This document shows positions 34,801 to 47,800 of a stretch of DNA of 64,000 bases, one piece after another; the stretch's first letter is position 1, and every line of letters begins with the position of its first letter. The position numbers were made by a program, and so were the translations under genes. Under the pieces are notes generated by a model that searched no databases, was not told the origin of the DNA, and was given only the letters and a program-made list of their open reading frames with translations. This stretch comes from Nemertoderma westbladi (taxonomy: Eukaryota > Animalia > Xenacoelomorpha), in NCBI GenBank assembly GCA_032718475.1, contig JAUCBJ010005675.1, positions 1-64,000 of the forward strand, given 5' to 3'.

Positions 34801-34938
34801 ATAGTCTATTTGTATCACGGTACGGGTTTGTTTGATTTTTAGATTTAAACAATTCTTGACATCAGTAGAAGCCCTTCGGTTAATATCAAGCGAGTTAATG
34901 TAATGGAACGATGCCTTTCGTGGCGTAAGCATACTCAA
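31866..34938 (-). pseudogene. Penelope-like RT plus GIY-YIG endonuclease ORF, multiply frameshifted
   Basis: LLGLGFTFIP, KGDK, KDHKP, GRPIIS, VTIDVIEMFTAIP, GAPMG, LVDDSF, VDYLDL; Cys linker CNGPRCKC..FNC; YFGKTEQRLHERL and E..LI...PPLN. Confidence 0.9.
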
Positions 34939-34973
34939 ATTATAAATATTTATGACGTAAAATATTGTTAGTT

Positions 34974-35016
34974 TACCATTTAGCTATTTCACGCTTCCCG
35001 CGCGTCTTCAGTGGTA
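34974..35016 (-). ncRNA. second hammerhead copy with a mutated cleavage site (AUA to AAA)
   Basis: Identical to 31133-31175 except for loss of the conserved U16.1. Confidence 0.65.
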
Positions 35017-35504
35017 TATTATTTTAAACACAATATTAATAAAATTTAACTAAAACAGCCAATTCAAAGCCTAAAAAGATATATACAAAACCGATACCGT
35101 TATGGTACTGTACAGTAGTTATGACTATTTTAATAAAGATATTAGCTGTGTAAAGTGGCAGACCGGAAGAAGAAGTTGAGCATGGTTAGAAATTATATCG
35201 CAAATTCATAATGCACCAAAACTAACTCAAATCAAAATTTAAAATAAAAGTATTAAAATGTTAAAAACATTTAAAAAAAATAATAGTAAATAAAAACTAT
35301 ACCAATGGTGTACCCTATCCTGCTATTAAGTAGAATATCTATAAAAAATTATAAATAAAGGCTAATAAAATAATAAAACAACAGTGATATAGTGTATACG
35401 AATGACATGTGTATAAAAACATATAAAAAAAACCTCAGAAATAAAAGCAGTAATAAAATCTTTAAAATTAATGAAATAAAACTAACAGAATGATTGAGTA
35501 ATAC

Positions 35505-37014
35505 CATGGAATACTAAATATACACGGAACCAGATAGAAAAAACAAAACACTCAGCTTATGCTAAATCTTTACAGCGATTGTACAGAGAGTGCTCTGAGA
35601 TATTATATTGACAGAAACAGTCCGACAGCAAATTTTGTGCGATTGATGAGGTTATTTTTGGCATTTGTGAACACCAAAACTATGAATCCGAAGACATCCA
35701 CTATGTATACTGAGACACACCACAAAGACCAGATTGAGAGACGAAGTTTCTTGAAATACTTTTGGCGATTGGGTGGAGGCATGGCGAGATTCGGGAAAGC
35801 CAGGTCTATCACCTCAAACCTTTAACGCCCTCCTATTGACTGTGCGCAATACAGAGAAAGTGTTTAAACTCGTGTTTGAGGAACTGGGATACAGCTTGTT
35901 AACACTCATGTCCTTGGAGACGATGCATTGGAGTTACATTACTCTAAATATAGACAAATGTCTGGTGGCCGGTTTCTAATTGCTCTTCGTGACGCACTAA
36001 ACTCCAATAAAATTTTATCAATACGACTAATCATAGATGAAGACCTCGAAGTATCCGACTTTCTGTTGAAGAAAGATTACCACAATGAAGCCGCGTTGTT
36101 ATTCGATGAAATGTCTGAAATTGTGGATGAAGATGAGTTTCGTTGTCTAACTGTCAATGAAGAATCTCTAGATATTGTTGAATACATCTCAGGATGGATT
36201 GTGAAAACAGTAGGGGTCAACTGCCTACACTGTAATTTAAACGGTACAGATGACATCATTAGCGATTCTAAGAGAAGTGGGTCTACATCTAATGAGTCAT
36301 CTCGCTACTTTCTACATGATATAAATCGCCGTGGTTTAACCATTCCACATCAAAATCTTGTCAACTTCGTTTGTAATTGCCTCGGTAACCTAGAACTAGC
36401 ATATAAATTCCTGCAAAAAAATATTAAAGATGACAAATTCATATCAGCCGAAGTTTTCTTTCAGTACCTACTGTACAAATGCTTCCAGTAGATTCTTTGC
36501 ATACAACATCAATAATTTGCGATATTCACTCCAGTTATTCCTCGAAATTTTTACGAAAAATTATTAACGTGTTTCTGAAGGCACAGAAAAATCACTTGGC
36601 TGAGCTAATAGCTGAGAAAGAAAGCTACAAGACTGGGTTGGACGGTTTTAAGGCGCCTCAGCGAAACAAGGGAAGGAAATTGATCTGAAGCGCCGGTTGG
36701 AGGAATAAGAAAAATAATGATGGGTTACAGAGCAGATCAGGCAACTTATTGATGAAACGGAAGCTATAGTGTATGTATATCGCTTTAACCTTTGAACAAA
36801 TTTGGAAGCAATATTTACTGTATTTTCACTCATCGTAGTTGAAATAAAGGCAAAAAATGAAAAATGTCTGTTGCCATGGCAACGAGATCGATGACCACCA
36901 ATTTTTTTTTCAAAATTTTTATTGATGCATCGAGTACAATAGATTAAAGCAATAAAAAGAATGACTCGTGAAATCGGACATCTATCTGGTTCCGTGTATA
37001 TTTAGTATTCCATG
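35505..37014 (+). mobile_element. internally deleted P-superfamily DNA transposon inserted in the Penelope pseudo-LTR
   Basis: Perfect 34-bp TIRs CATGGAATACTAAATATACACGGAACCAGATAGA; 7-bp TSD GTAATAC, with the empty site visible at ~31659; C-terminal transposase remnants DALELHYSKYRQMSGG, YISGWIVK and NRRGLTIP. Confidence 0.9.
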
Positions 37015-37508
37015 GTAATACTAACTACGCCATAGGGTAAATATCCAGAGGGGCCAGCTATGCAAAAAGCAAATAGCTAACAATATTTTATATTAGTCGT
37101 GGCTCAAGACCCTTACTCGTCATTAATATTTATAATTAGAATAAAGGAAAGAGTAGGAAGGTTTACATTAAGCAGTGGCGCATGCAAGGGGCTGCCGGGG
37201 GCCAGCTCCCCCCCCCCCCCCCTTAGCATTTGAGGGGTTGGCATCCCCCCCCCCCCCCCCCCCAAGCGGAAACACTAAGTGAACATGTACGAGTGTAAGT
37301 CTGAGTGCGAGCTGTACCTGAATACAGTGTATTGTTTGTAGTGCGAAAGTATAACAATTATTCCTTTTTTACTTTTTCCTTTTTCCCAATTCCCTTCCAA
37401 TTTTACTTTAAAGAATAATGTACTTTAAATTACTGGGCAGTATCGCAAGAGGTTTATGAGAGGGGGGCAATTAATGATTGTACGCAAACTGTTTGTATTT
37501 GGAAGAGC

Positions 37509-38280
37509 ATATGCGTGTTCCATAATGATCCCCCCCCCCCTGGCCAGCATAAACTGCCAGACATGCATCTTAGTGTAATATATCATTCGAAAGATAATTT
37601 AATTCTGAGCTTACATGCAAAAATTTAGGGTCCAATACATAAGTATATAAATTGTATAGGCTATTCTTTAAACCGATCTTATTTTTCAACCTTTTTGATT
37701 TAATCACAATTTAAAAAATATAATTTATCCAGCGTTAGTCATCAGATTTACAGCCATGATTCCCCTTTGCAGCACGGGGAGCTCCTCGATAGTGGCAAAG
37801 GATATTGGCCCTTAGAAGGGCCGTTTTGGTTTGAGTTCAGTTTTGATTATGCCACAGAATCACGACCCTCTCTAAAAGTAACATCTCTGATTCTGTCAAC
37901 CATACGTTTTTCTTCAGAGTCATCGAAGATTGCACTGGAACTTGTCACTTTATTTACTTCTGTTAGGCCTAATTCAGTAAAATTACAAAAGAAACACTAA
38001 TACCGGTAAATGAATACTGTAATATATTGCAATACAGCAAAAGTCAGGCAGTGATAAATGTTTAAACGGGCTGCAAAGCTGATGACTAACTCTGGATAAA
38101 TAATATTTTTTTTAATTGTGATTAAATAAAAAATATTGAAAAATAAGATAGGTTTAAAGAATAGCCTCTAAAAATTTAATACTTTTGCATACAAGCTCAG
38201 ATTAAAATTATCTTTCGAATGATATATTACACTAAGGTGCATTCATCATTATGGAATATTATGGAACACCCGTACATACG
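37509..38280. mobile_element. foldback/MITE-like element with ~200-bp imperfect inverted repeats
   Basis: ~37564-37755 is the imperfect reverse complement of ~38069-38240 (for example tatatcattcgaaagataattt / aaattatctttcgaatgatata). Confidence 0.7.
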
Positions 38281-40145
38281 TCATACTAACATGTAATTAA
38301 TGTCTGTGATTATCGTTTTTACGTAAATAGAGGGTGTCTTAACGATTTTATTGTTATTCTAAAATTTCGAATTTCTTCACTTCCATAAACATTTCGCTGT
38401 AATATAATGCAAGGGATTGTTTGGGTTGGGTTTGCCCACCACAACGAGTGGAAATTGGAACAAAAACTTAAATTAAATATAAGAAAGGGAATTTACAGAA
38501 AATTGTTGCCCATCCCGCAGCATATGGAAAATTCAGTGCATCTATATAACCAGTTTTGTGAGAGCAATTTATACTATTTTTGGTACTAGTTGTCCCAGAT
38601 TGTAATTGCGGTGGATTGCACCGTTGTGGCCCGTCATATTATTATTATTCGTCTGGAAATTGCTTATCGACAGGAGGTTACGACGATGGTTCAGAAATGA
38701 TCGCAATGGCTGAGTATTATACGACGGACTAACAGTCAACTGGTATACGATCACATCACCCCAATATGCGAATCAACAGTAAGTGCACTATGCGTCGTAA
38801 AACCATCCAAGAACATAGAGGAATATGAAACTCAAGGAAATGTATTCACTGATCTTCTTTTCAACTTTGAGAAATATCATTGATAGTTGAGGTGCATTCC
38901 ATAAATTAGTTAATTCACATTCCTATAAACTACAACCGCCTAAAAGTAGAAAATCATTTACCCGATAGCATTCAGATACATGTAAATCAATTAATAAAAA
39001 CCTTAACAGTTATATATATCAGTTTAGTTTACTTTGAACTTAACTTCCAACCGTTGTGTTGTACGCCAATACACCTTCCTGATACGGTTACAGGGGCCGC
39101 CGCCACTAATTACTGTCAAGTGCGATAACCGGTGTACCTACCTGTCGGCTCCACGTTGTCTACATTCGGCCGCTCCATTGTCCATATTGGTTAATAACAA
39201 GCCACTAACTTCCCGTGTGCACACATGAGTAAACGTTTAATTGTTGCTACATTGAACACTTTGGCTTTGTCCTATTCAGCTTCGCCTAGTACGACCACTC
39301 TCTCAAAGAGACCAACTGTCAGACAGGCTGCTTGCCGTCCCACCAACCTTCTTAAAGGCAAAATGAAACAGTCCTTTCTTTGAGGAAGGTATAACTAATC
39401 TTATGATTGGCTGTTGTTAGTGAACGTTGTTCACTTTCTGTCGTGTGCCATAGTTTAAATCATAGGCTAGTGAGCATTACTGACGCCGAAAGCCCGTTAT
39501 TAGTGAAGCTATTACCTCGTTTTATATCCTGTAGTCAGTGATATCATTATGCGAAGATTTCGCTCGATTGCCCTGTTTTTCTTCCTTAATTCGTTGTTAC
39601 ACAGCGGACAGACTGCAATGAAGAGTTGTCTCCTCACCTCGTCGTTCGGCCTCGGCTTAATATTAAATTGCTTGCAAAGTTGATGAACTAAAAGTTTTGA
39701 CTAACATAATATTAGAACACAGGAACTAACTAATATGCAACTGAGGCACACTAAAAAAATGGTCATATTCACTCATAGCCAAAAAAAGGGAAAATTACAT
39801 GCAAATACGAAAAAAGAAAAAAATATTCATTCACCTTATACGGTACGCAGCAAACTTCGCCCGCGAGCAATGTTCGCTATCAAAAGGAGTGTTAACAACA
39901 TCGTTTATTGTTTTGGTTATAGAAATAGACGTATCTGTAACGTGCCATATCTCTAACCTTCTCCATTCTCCCAATCGGGCGAAGATTGCACCCAACATTA
40001 TATTTTATAAGCAAAAATAAGAGAGAAAAAAAACAAGAAAATAGGAAAATAAATATATTCACCTTATAGAAGGTAAAACACGATGGAAGCAAGATGGTAG
40101 TGGAAGGTAGTAAATGTAAATGAAAATTTAAATCATTCATGACTT

Positions 40146-40246
40146 AACATATCTAAGGTTCCACAGATGTATAAAGCCTCGTCAGTTCCTTTGTAACATA
40201 TCTAAGGTTCCACAGATGTATAAAGCCTCGTCAGTTCCTTTGTAAC
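40146..40246. repeat. local tandem duplication (~49 bp x2)
   Basis: taacatatctaaggttccacagatgtataaagcctcgtcagttcctttg is repeated. Confidence 0.85.
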
Positions 40247-40606
40247 GTGATTAACCAATTTGCTGTGTGCAGAGCCACCAGATCTAATGAATCCTTAAAG
40301 CAGGATATTATCATAACTGTATATAACGTTATTCTAGCATCTGCTGTTAGCATCTGCTGTATGCATTGGCAAAAATAGCAAACTTTGAATATGAATAATG
40401 CAGGTCGGCGTCCACCAAGGTAAGACAACACCACCAGCAGATGCTAGAGAAACTATGGAAATGAAGCCGCTTCAGTAAATCTGGGTGATAACACAGCAAA
40501 TGAATAATCGAGATATTGTGTTAAATTCTATTGGACTATTAAATATAAATTAGACTATAAATTACCCCTTGAGATGACCAACTTGGTAGAAAAACATAAC
40601 CAATTT

Positions 40607-41126
40607 CAGTGGCGTAGCCACAGGGGGGCGGGGGGGGGACACGTCCCTCCCACTTTCAGATGGGGGGGGGGGGGGGGGGGCAACATGTCATTTGTCCCCG
40701 GTACTTCTTACGCTTTTTATATTGAATTAAAAAGTCAGATAATCTTATATCAACTCTATTCGTGTATACTAATCCCCGTGAACTGTATCTGCAGTCTGCA
40801 CTGGCAGTAAGTACTGTAAACTTGATTGATGTAGAAGGTGCATTTCCATATCCCGTAAATTTAGTATATTGTTTTGGTAGGAGTAAAAATAAAATAATTG
40901 ATGATTACATTTTTTAATTCCCCGTGTCAAGATATGCTGATTCACCCAGTAAGAAGGATGGAGGTGAAACCATCTCAGTTTCAATTTCATGAAAATATCA
41001 GTAAGATTTGTAAAACTATTTTTTTTTGGGGGGGGGGGGGGGGGGGGTATTCAGCTAAAATTATTTTATCCCCCCCCCCCCCCCCCCCCCCCCCTCCCCA
41101 CTTTCGGGAACGTGGTTGCGCCCCTG
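40607..41126. mobile_element. non-autonomous hAT-like MITE
   Basis: Imperfect TIRs CAGTGGCGTAGCCAC / GTGGTTGCGCCCCTG with an 8-bp TSD ACCAATTT on both sides. Confidence 0.85.
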
Positions 41127-42012
41127 ACCAATTTCATAGAAACATTGACCCATTTCGCGTAAACCTTTAATCCGAAAAGCAATAATAATAATGGAAGCGC
41201 TTTGAGTATGCCGAGCATAGAAAAGCTCTAACCCCTAAAATAATAATAATTATTATTATTAATATCACCCATTATGTGGACCTTTAAACGTTGTAGTATC
41301 ATTGGCCGTATGAAATAGAGGACACGGAATCGCACTGCCGTGTGCTGCATTAAACTTGCTATTTATTGACTTTCGTTTATTGTTTTGGTTAGAATAACGT
41401 GCATTTATAAACTGCTCTGCTCCTATCCCGCCATTGATAACTAATTTAATTCCAGGGACATATATCTAGAATAAGTGGTATAGTCAAAATAGTTCTGTAA
41501 TCAAATTCCAGTTTAATCATAATAGAGTATTTTGTCTAAGAAGGTACACAATATATGCTACATAACTGGTTACTGATGCACATCCTCATGGGATCAGGTG
41601 GCAATTAGCTCGTCGGTTCCCTGTTACATCCTTTTCTAATGAAACGAACAAAAGCTTCTACTTATCAGGTTACATGTGCACAAACTCACGATAATTAAAA
41701 ACGTTTAATTAAGGGCTACTTAAAAAGCATTTAGTAGTCCAATACAACCAAAAAAGCTATTGATATAATAGAGTCCTTAGGTGATTGATACTGGCAACAT
41801 AAAGCAAACACCATCATAACAACAGGTTAGGTTAACTTGTAGCCCAATCCTGATTGGTTGATTTTCAATTGCCTCATAACTCAACCAATCAACGTTGGCT
41901 CCAAATAAAGAGATGGTTCAAACTACAGTAGATAAACTTGTGGCAACTGCTATTTCGCTATCTCAAAACTATTAATTCTTAAATAATTTTAACGCTAATT
42001 TACTTAACCAAA

Positions 42013-45000
42013 ATGCACCCAGTATTTAACCACTCCGGGATATTACCTTGGGTCCCACTCACATCACATTTACCGATGACCCATAACAGAATTCCTTTCT
42101 ACCCATTCTCCCAGCCTCCCTCCCAATTCCCAGCTACACAGATGTTACCCTACGACGCGCGGGCTCGTTACCTAGGCACACCCGCTCTCGCAGACACGAT
42201 GCAAAGGACCGCGGACAGGTCCACCAGCCCTCTAAAGTTCGGTATAGACCAAATACTCAAAAAACCGAAAGTAGAAAAACGAGGCACCATCGAATATAAA
42301 GCGGAGTTCCCTTACTACAAGTACAACAATATTCTACCCGCCAATTCTATTACTAGATCTACCAAATCGACCGCTCTAAACGATCTAGAACTTTACTTCA
42401 ACGCCTCGCAACCCGCCGCTCCGTTCCGACCCCCCTTCCGTTCGCCCGTTGGCGACTCTCCGCCGACCAATCGCGACGACGAAGATTTCGACTCGTGTTC
42501 CTCCATCCCCGGCTCCCGTTCCGGTAGCGTTGTCCCCGGCAGCGCCACCGGATACTTTCCTGCGGACTGTAACGCCGAACTGAACGGGGCTATCCCTATA
42601 CACGAGGAATCTAACGCGATGGTTCCTGATGATTCGCAGTTTCAGTTCTCATGGCTGCAATGCACGAGATACCGACCTCCAAAACTTTCTAGTAAGTCCA
42701 ACAGAATCACGATACTTCAAATATTTATTTTTTATAACACCGTTCTAAGGTTTTACTCAACATATTATTTCTTTGCTCCGATCTGTAAAATAAGAGAATA
42801 TTAATATCTTAACATAAGAGTTTAAACGGAGCAATGGATGGGTGGTGTAGAGAAAAAACTCAGTTTTCTGTTCGAAACTCAGTTCGATCTCCTTACAGAT
42901 GACCGTAATGAGATCGGATGACCGGACAGCCTGAAGCCTGATCGTTTTTTCTATACACCACCCAATCCATTGCTCCGTTTAAACTCTTATGTTAATTCGA
43001 CATGGATGTTAGACCACTTAAATCTATTAATATCTTATTTTTTATATTTTATTTATTCTTATGTTATCTCTAGAATAAGAGAAGATTGAATAAGGCCAAG
43101 GCGCATATATTTTTATATTCTAGAACACACAACGTACATATGCAACAGAAGGCCTTAAAAACCGTCTGCCATGAATTACCTATCTAGGCCTTTAGTAAAG
43201 CACTACTCTATAAGTCCAACCACCTACGTACGTGTTACTAAGGTTCAAATTCAAGTACTCTCTGATTTCTGCACAAACTGCAAAATTCGAATTTAATCTA
43301 GAAAATGAGACAGGAGGGGGGGGGGGACTGGACGCAAATCCCATCTTGGCGAATTAATATCCCGCCTCAATGTTAAATTCTCAATTTAGGGAAAGGAGCA
43401 GGTTACAGTCGCACGTTGTTTTAATAACTTTATTTAATTTTATTTTCGAGAGTAATCAGCTGTTATTTGCGTCCAATTATCCCTGGAGAGGGATGAATTT
43501 TTATTGCGTCCAGTTTTCCCCCTTATCTGTAGTAAATATGTTAAACGTTTATAAAAAGAGATAATTATTAATTCAACGGGAAAAATTTTTTCACTATTTT
43601 AGTGGCATTTAATTAACCGAGCGCCATCGTGGTTAATAAAGGGTAGAGATTATTAAAGAAAAAAAATGTTCTACGTTATTTTTCCCATGTAATAATTAAT
43701 TTTATTCTTAAATTGGTAATTTTTGTTGCTTAATTCTTAAATAAAAAATAAAACGAAGTAGTATTTTACTATAATGCTTCCATATTTAAATTCAAATTAC
43801 TGTACTCTTCAACTCCTGATGCTGCCTTACTCAATGTTAAATAATTTAGTGATCTCGAATATTTATTACGTGACTGGAGAGTCGCTTAACTATATAAACC
43901 AATATTGGATATTGAGTTATGTTTTGGAGTTCGCCTTGCAGACACTAAAGTTGCAATAACTCAAGTCGCAAATTACATGCAAACATTTTCTACGTCGATC
44001 CTCTTTCAACATGTAATAAAATTAAGAAATTCGACCAAAAATATTTTATTTTTCTTTTCGCTGGGAAAAGAAATAAAATCATGAAATCCTATTGATAATT
44101 TTTTCCCTAGGGAAAAAAGTACTCATTTTCCCCTGATTTTGAGATATATTCGAGCGAAATCGTAACAATTTAAGAATAAAATTATTATTTTAAACAACTA
44201 TTTTTTGTTCTAGAACATTTTTTTAACGCATAATATGTTTAATATATTTTAATATCAACATAACATATAGATGCTCCGGTGTTAAATAGGTTGACCTGCC
44301 GACAAAGTAAATTAATGGGTGGCACGAAGCTGCATCTTCTTATTTTTGATTTATTATCTTTTTACATCAGGAGATCAGAAGGAAATTCTTCTTTTTTTTA
44401 TATATAATAAGTAATTTGTTCTTAAAAACTGACTTTCTTCCTCTCGATATCACTGAATCTCAGCGCAAATAATTTTGCAAACTATTTAGTTTAAAAAATT
44501 TATATCATTGATTAATAAATGAAATGTAAATGTAAATAAAGGAAATATAATAGATTTCGGGTAAAGATTTCAAATATAGATTTAGATTTTCTCCTTTCAA
44601 GGATGACTTGATTTTTTTAAAGTTAAACTTGAGCGAATAATTTTTTCCGCTAATTACTTTAACCCCCTGAACCAGGGGAATATTATTATCTTAACTATGT
44701 ATCCGCGACGCGACAATAGTTCATTCAAAGCAGATCGGATAATGAAAAAAATAAATTAGCCTTTAATAAGTCAACCAGACAAATTCCGACGTAATAATGT
44801 CGGTGAAGGGATCGTTGACAACATCTGTTCACCTTGAAGTAATTGGATAACAAACGAGTCTGTGTTGGTTCAAGGGGATTTGTGATCCGAGACGAGTAAA
44901 TATTTGGACACGCGTGTTGTCGGTCAGCCGTCGCTTAATTTCATAATTAATAAACTAAATTATCGTTCCTCAAATGTCAACCGAACTTATCATGGAATCG

Positions 45001-45761
45001 TAATATGATTGCAAGGCATATTTGCAACAGAGTCAGTTTAACCTCCCGCAATCTCAATTGGATTTTGGGAAAAATTATAGGGGAGGATCACCTGAAATAA
45101 GAAACTACATTTCAGGATTTAAATTTCATTTAAAGTGCAATTTAAATTTCCTTTGGTATCTCAAAGTAAAAAAAAAACAATCTGAAACTTTTGGAGAAAA
45201 TAAACAGGTTCGATTAATATGATATCTATAAATATTATAATCCCCCTCCTCCTCCTCCCCATAGGATCTAAAAGGTGTGGAGACCGAAAACGAAAACTGG
45301 GCCGGAATCCTCGCGTCCCGTTCAGCCAGGGGCAAGTTGCTATACTCGAACTGAAATTCCGACAGGCCAAATATCTTAGTAGCCTTGACGTTGCCGATAT
45401 ATCCAGACGTCTCGATCTAACTGAGAATAGAGTTAGTATATATTTATGAGACAGCTGTTGAGCATTTATCTACACCAACAACATTGTTTGTAAACGGTGG
45501 GGGTTATTGTTATCAGTTGAACCTCATTAATATACTATTTAATTTAAATTTTAGGTAAAGATTTGGTTCCAAAATCGACGAGCGAGGGAGCGAAGGGAGA
45601 AAGCATCGATTTTCGTTACGAACGGTTTACCGGCAGTAGCCCCCGATGATTCCAAACAACTAGTCGACGAGACGAACTCGGAGACTGGAATAGAAATTAA
45701 TGGAACTTCTTACGAGTTAAATAATAAATCTATGGATAACAGTTCCATAGGTCCTGACTAA
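42013..45761 (+). CDS. Msxlx: Msx-like (Msxlx family, NK-class) homeobox gene; exons 42013-42691, 45265-45431, 45555-45761
   Basis: eh1 motif LKFGIDQIL; WLQCTRYRPPKL; homeodomain GRNPRVPFSQGQVAILELKFRQAKYLSSLDVADISRRLDLTENR|VKIWFQNRRARERR; GT-AG introns with consistent phases. Confidence 0.85.
42813..42991. mobile_element. small palindromic MITE flanked by TTAA, in homeobox intron 1
   Basis: TIRs of about 45 bp (cataagagtttaaacggagcaatggat...) with TTAA on both sides. Confidence 0.8.
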
Positions 45762-46559
45762 TTATAATTATATTCTATTAAAATCCTGTGTCAGTGCTGT
45801 TGAAACCCTTCCTTGCAATATTGTGTTTGTATGTAAATGTAGTAGACTAGGTGTAGATGTAATTTAACTTTGTGATTGGCGAAATTATATTATGTAATGA
45901 AATTATTATCGTTCAAATCCTTCTATTCAATTTCCCTACTTGGGGAAGAAACTTCATAATTTTCCAAAAGATTTCCCTCTTATCCAACCCCCGAAAGAAA
46001 TATATAACATTCGTGATTTTTCCATATTATTTTGAAATATTCGTGCAATCCTAATCATTGTTGATTATATTGTTATTGTTAATTATATGGTTATAAAAAT
46101 ATTACAGAGTGCACGTCCTAATAATTAATATAATACACATATCATACTCATAGGATGATATAGTGTAAATTATTCCAATTCCTATCATGTGTTTAACATA
46201 ACATTGCTTAGCTCCATATCTCCTTATTTACTGTGATTAGCACTTAATATTAAGGAAATTTACACAACATCGGTCGCATAATGGGGTTGAGCAACGCAAA
46301 GCAAAGCTAACGGATCAGCCAAACACTTTCCCAGTTTGGCAATGTTAGTGTCCTTGAACAGTCACCAAAGGAAATTATTTTCTTTACAAAATAATTTCAA
46401 TGGGAGAATCTTTTAGGAGTGCTAGGCCAAGGAATGCCTGTTCGTCCACCACCATATGGGTGATCTTCCACTCCACAGTAAACCCTTCCACTCTGTTAGT
46501 AAATTAAATTTATCTATTTAATTTTAAAATAAATTAAATAGTTATGCATCTAGGTCCCT

Positions 46560-47800
46560 CAACATACCGTACTGTGATAATCTAATGGAGCTTATCAATG
46601 AGCAGGTTGATGCCATCAACACCAACAATGCCAGCAAGCCCTGCTAACTATATAATAAGGGATCAACAACCTGCCTTTAGCAGGGGAATATACTCAATTA
46701 GGAAAAACCTACTAACTGAAAGAAATAACCAACCAACAACCAAGGTTAAGGCTGAATCTCCAGCTGATCTCCTTAATGTTTGGAAGCTCACCAGATATAC
46801 CCAATTGCTGATATCTACTTTTCCGAAGTCAAGACTGCTGCAAAGACCATAAGACCAATCGTGCCAGAGGAGTAGATGGCGTCCCCACTGAGGTCTTTAA
46901 AATGCATCGGTATTTGGAGGTTATTCACGCCATCATAGTAGATATATACAGAATTAAGAAAGTCCCATAAGAAATGAAAAGCACCATGTTAATCTAGACC
47001 TTGCCGACAACTTATCAGTATTCTCGTAATCACTAGGTGTTGCACAACGGTATTAGAACAGGGTGCTTCTAATGTTAGTCGTATCCTACAAGAAGACTGC
47101 AATTTCGACAGTTTATTAACTTTTGACAGGTATTTTGGAATTGTCTGATCGTATGAGATTGTGGATGACTTGGGATCATGGATTCGGAAATCAGGTGAAC
47201 ATTCGGATCTGATATATGAGTGGAAGTTATGGGTAGCTTTGAATAAACTCTCAATGATTTGGATGTCACATAGAAAAAACGGAATCTCGAGGTTCGATTT
47301 CTTAGAGCAGCAGTAGAACCAATACACCAATATGTGAGTTCCAGGCCATGCTGGTCTCTAAATGCGGATTTGTTCATTGTGTTATGGGGGCAAACGATAT
47401 ATCTACAAACCCACATCTACTTTTTGGCGACTCAACTCCGTCTCGTAGATTGGGTGTATATTTCCATCCCATCCAAATCACTTAATGCAGCATTATAATG
47501 AAGATAAATGTGACTGAATTGTCCCCCTGAGCTGAGAGATATGCCACCGAACTTCAAATGAGTTTGAAGTGGAGACGCATGTCAGTCGTGGATCATAGTT
47601 CTTCTGGATATCGATGTTCGGTGCTTCTACCTTTAGAGAAACCCTCCTAGTTAACGCAAAAGTCTACAAAATCCTATTAAAAAATACGGAGGTACACTGG
47701 ACGACACCAGAATTCATCCCTCTCAAGGGGAATACCGTCGCAAATAGCAACTGATTACTCGCAAAAATTACACTGAAAATGTGCGATAAACAAACAAAAA
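46560..47800 (+). mobile_element. highly degenerate LINE (RTE-like) remnant
   Basis: Fragments resembling GVDGVPTEVFK and other RT segments, with many stops. Confidence 0.4.

Larger units (their letters stand above)
31022..37138 (-). mobile_element. Penelope-like retroelement with direct pseudo-LTRs, an inverted terminal segment and an ~11-bp TSD
   Basis: Direct repeats ~31022-31723 and ~34889-37077 (the latter interrupted); inverted copy of 31069-31130 at ~37077-37137; TSD GAATAAAGGAA at 31011-31021 and 37139-37149. Confidence 0.9.

Noticed and set aside
42692-42804. C-terminal extension of ORF 42013..42804
   Set aside because: Intron read-through after the GTAAGT donor at 42692.
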